Part shown: piece by piece, positions 62,483-64,000 of the stretch
Position numbering within the stretch: the first letter of the stretch is position 1
How the letters are laid out: every line of letters starts with the position of its first letter
Origin: Phoronis australis
Lineage: Eukaryota; Animalia; Phoronida
Assembly (NCBI GenBank): GCA_002633005.1
Contig: NMRA01000038.1
Location: forward strand, 35,443 to 99,442
DNA: 64,000 nucleotides
Direction: 5' to 3'
Program-made: the position numbers and the translations under genes
Notes under the pieces: model-generated
Seen by the model: the letters and a program-made list of their open reading frames with translations, nothing else
What the model was told of the DNA's origin: nothing
Databases searched by the model: none

Positions 62483-64000
62483 CGTGGTGAAACGTGAAAG
62501 GACCTAATGAAGGTACATGTACTAGAGGTGGACAAAAGACGCGGAGAAAAAACTCGTTGACTTCGATAACAAAAAGCTACGCAGTTTATTGAGAACGCCT
62601 AAGCTATAAAAAGTATGGGGGTCCTGTAATTTGGTTAGCCTTCGGTACTCACAACTAGAGAGGTAGCAATCTGACTCTGGTAGATACTGGTGCAGAGGGA
62701 ACCTGTCTCAACTAAACGTGATCGTCAGTTTGAGCGAGACATGATACATGTATGTGTCATGTAATCCGGTGCTGTAAACAGCTCAAAATCAAAATTTCCT
62801 TGGCGAAAAGATTTAAAAATTATACTTAAATCATGTCGCGACAACGGGTTCCATTTTTAGGAAGGGATAAAAATATGTCGTTTCCGAACATGCGGCTTAC
62901 TGTGTCTGCTTATCAAGGGCAAATTGTCCACAACGAAAACAAAACAAATCCTCATTATAACACCAACACAAATATTTAGTTCTAGGATTTCCTATTTATG
63001 TCTTGATAAATCATCTTTAATGTTCTGGTCTGTTAGTTAATTTCCATTTCAATTAATAAACGTCATGACTTCCTTTCTTAATTCAACTCCCCATGAATAT
63101 TCGACGTAAAGCAGCTCTAGCAATTAAGGAACAAGTTGTCTCGTGTAGTTAGTTTTTAAAATAGATTTTGTAGCTCTTTAGTTTTTATACTGTTGTACTA
63201 AACATCGTGGTCGATTTTAATATAACTACGTATTCCAAATCGAAAATGACAATGGGAATATACATGTATAGACAGTGGTTCAATCATCGTTGTCAGACTT
63301 GAGTGAGTTTTAACGAAAGCTGGGCCAAAATGGGACGACCTACTTCGTCCGTGGCTTCTTAGCTCAAAATGAGGTGTCGGACCCACAGATAAATCATATA
63401 AGATAGATCGCTTATACATGTACATGTAAAGCGTTACACGACTAATCTGAGTGAGTTGACATAATGTGGAGTTCCAACAATGGCGTGTAAAATTTGGTGA
63501 TGCACGGGACGATTTTATATTGGATGTTCCTATCTCTACTCAAATGTATGGACCCTAGCACGAAAAATTTTTAAAGAAAAAAAATTAAAATTTTATTCAG
63601 TTTAGTACAAATCAGTGAGAAATTCAAAAAGATTATCTGTGGGGATTGAATGCCACACCCCCCTTCACCCTGCACGCAGAGTCAGGTCACGTCCACCTAA
63701 GTTTCTACTGCGGATAAGACAAATTCAATCGCACTGTCTTAGTTCGCTGAAACTGCTGCCGTATTATCCAGATGGGTGAGGGCGGGATTTAGTCTGACAT
63801 TGTCTGAATGGATCAAGTCTCATACGCCTTATTGAAAAGGCTGCAAAACTCAATACACTGAAACACAGGCCTACTGCCTGGTCCTTAATAATAGCTTTTC
63901 GAAATTGCCGAACTGATAATTCAGCTGTTCATATTTTTCTTTTTCTTACTTCATTTGATTGTTCATTTCTGTAATTACTTCCAAGGAAAGCTCAAACGTA

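Noticed and set aside
1-64000. Novel multi-gene or operon-like system
   Set aside because: Only one intact gene is supportable. The other short ORFs are chance or transposon debris, so claiming a new system would exceed the evidence.

Overview
This is AT-rich, intron-containing eukaryotic DNA, not prokaryotic. The repeat landscape suggests a marine invertebrate, possibly a hemichordate-like deuterostome (inference only). One protein-coding gene is well supported: a four-exon, minus-strand RERG/RERGL-like Ras-family small GTPase (CDS 27863 to 20300, 219 aa). It has non-canonical G2, G3 and G4 motifs and a TATA/CRE/E-box promoter. The rest is mainly transposon debris: L1/Tx1 and CR1/RTE-X-type LINE remnants, decayed THAP/Kolobok-like and pogo-like transposases, many MITEs (some nested, several with 5-bp TSDs), tRNA-derived heads, tandem repeats, two N gaps and one probable haplotype-overlap duplication. 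I found no convincing new multi-gene system. The most interesting signals are (i) strong TACATGTA enrichment with TA versus TACATGTA pairs that look like Tc1/mariner excision footprints, (ii) a fold-back Kolobok-type element carrying two converging THAP gene starts, (iii) a degenerate array with CTCF-like motifs and (iv) the atypical GTPase. All alignments and counts were done by eye.
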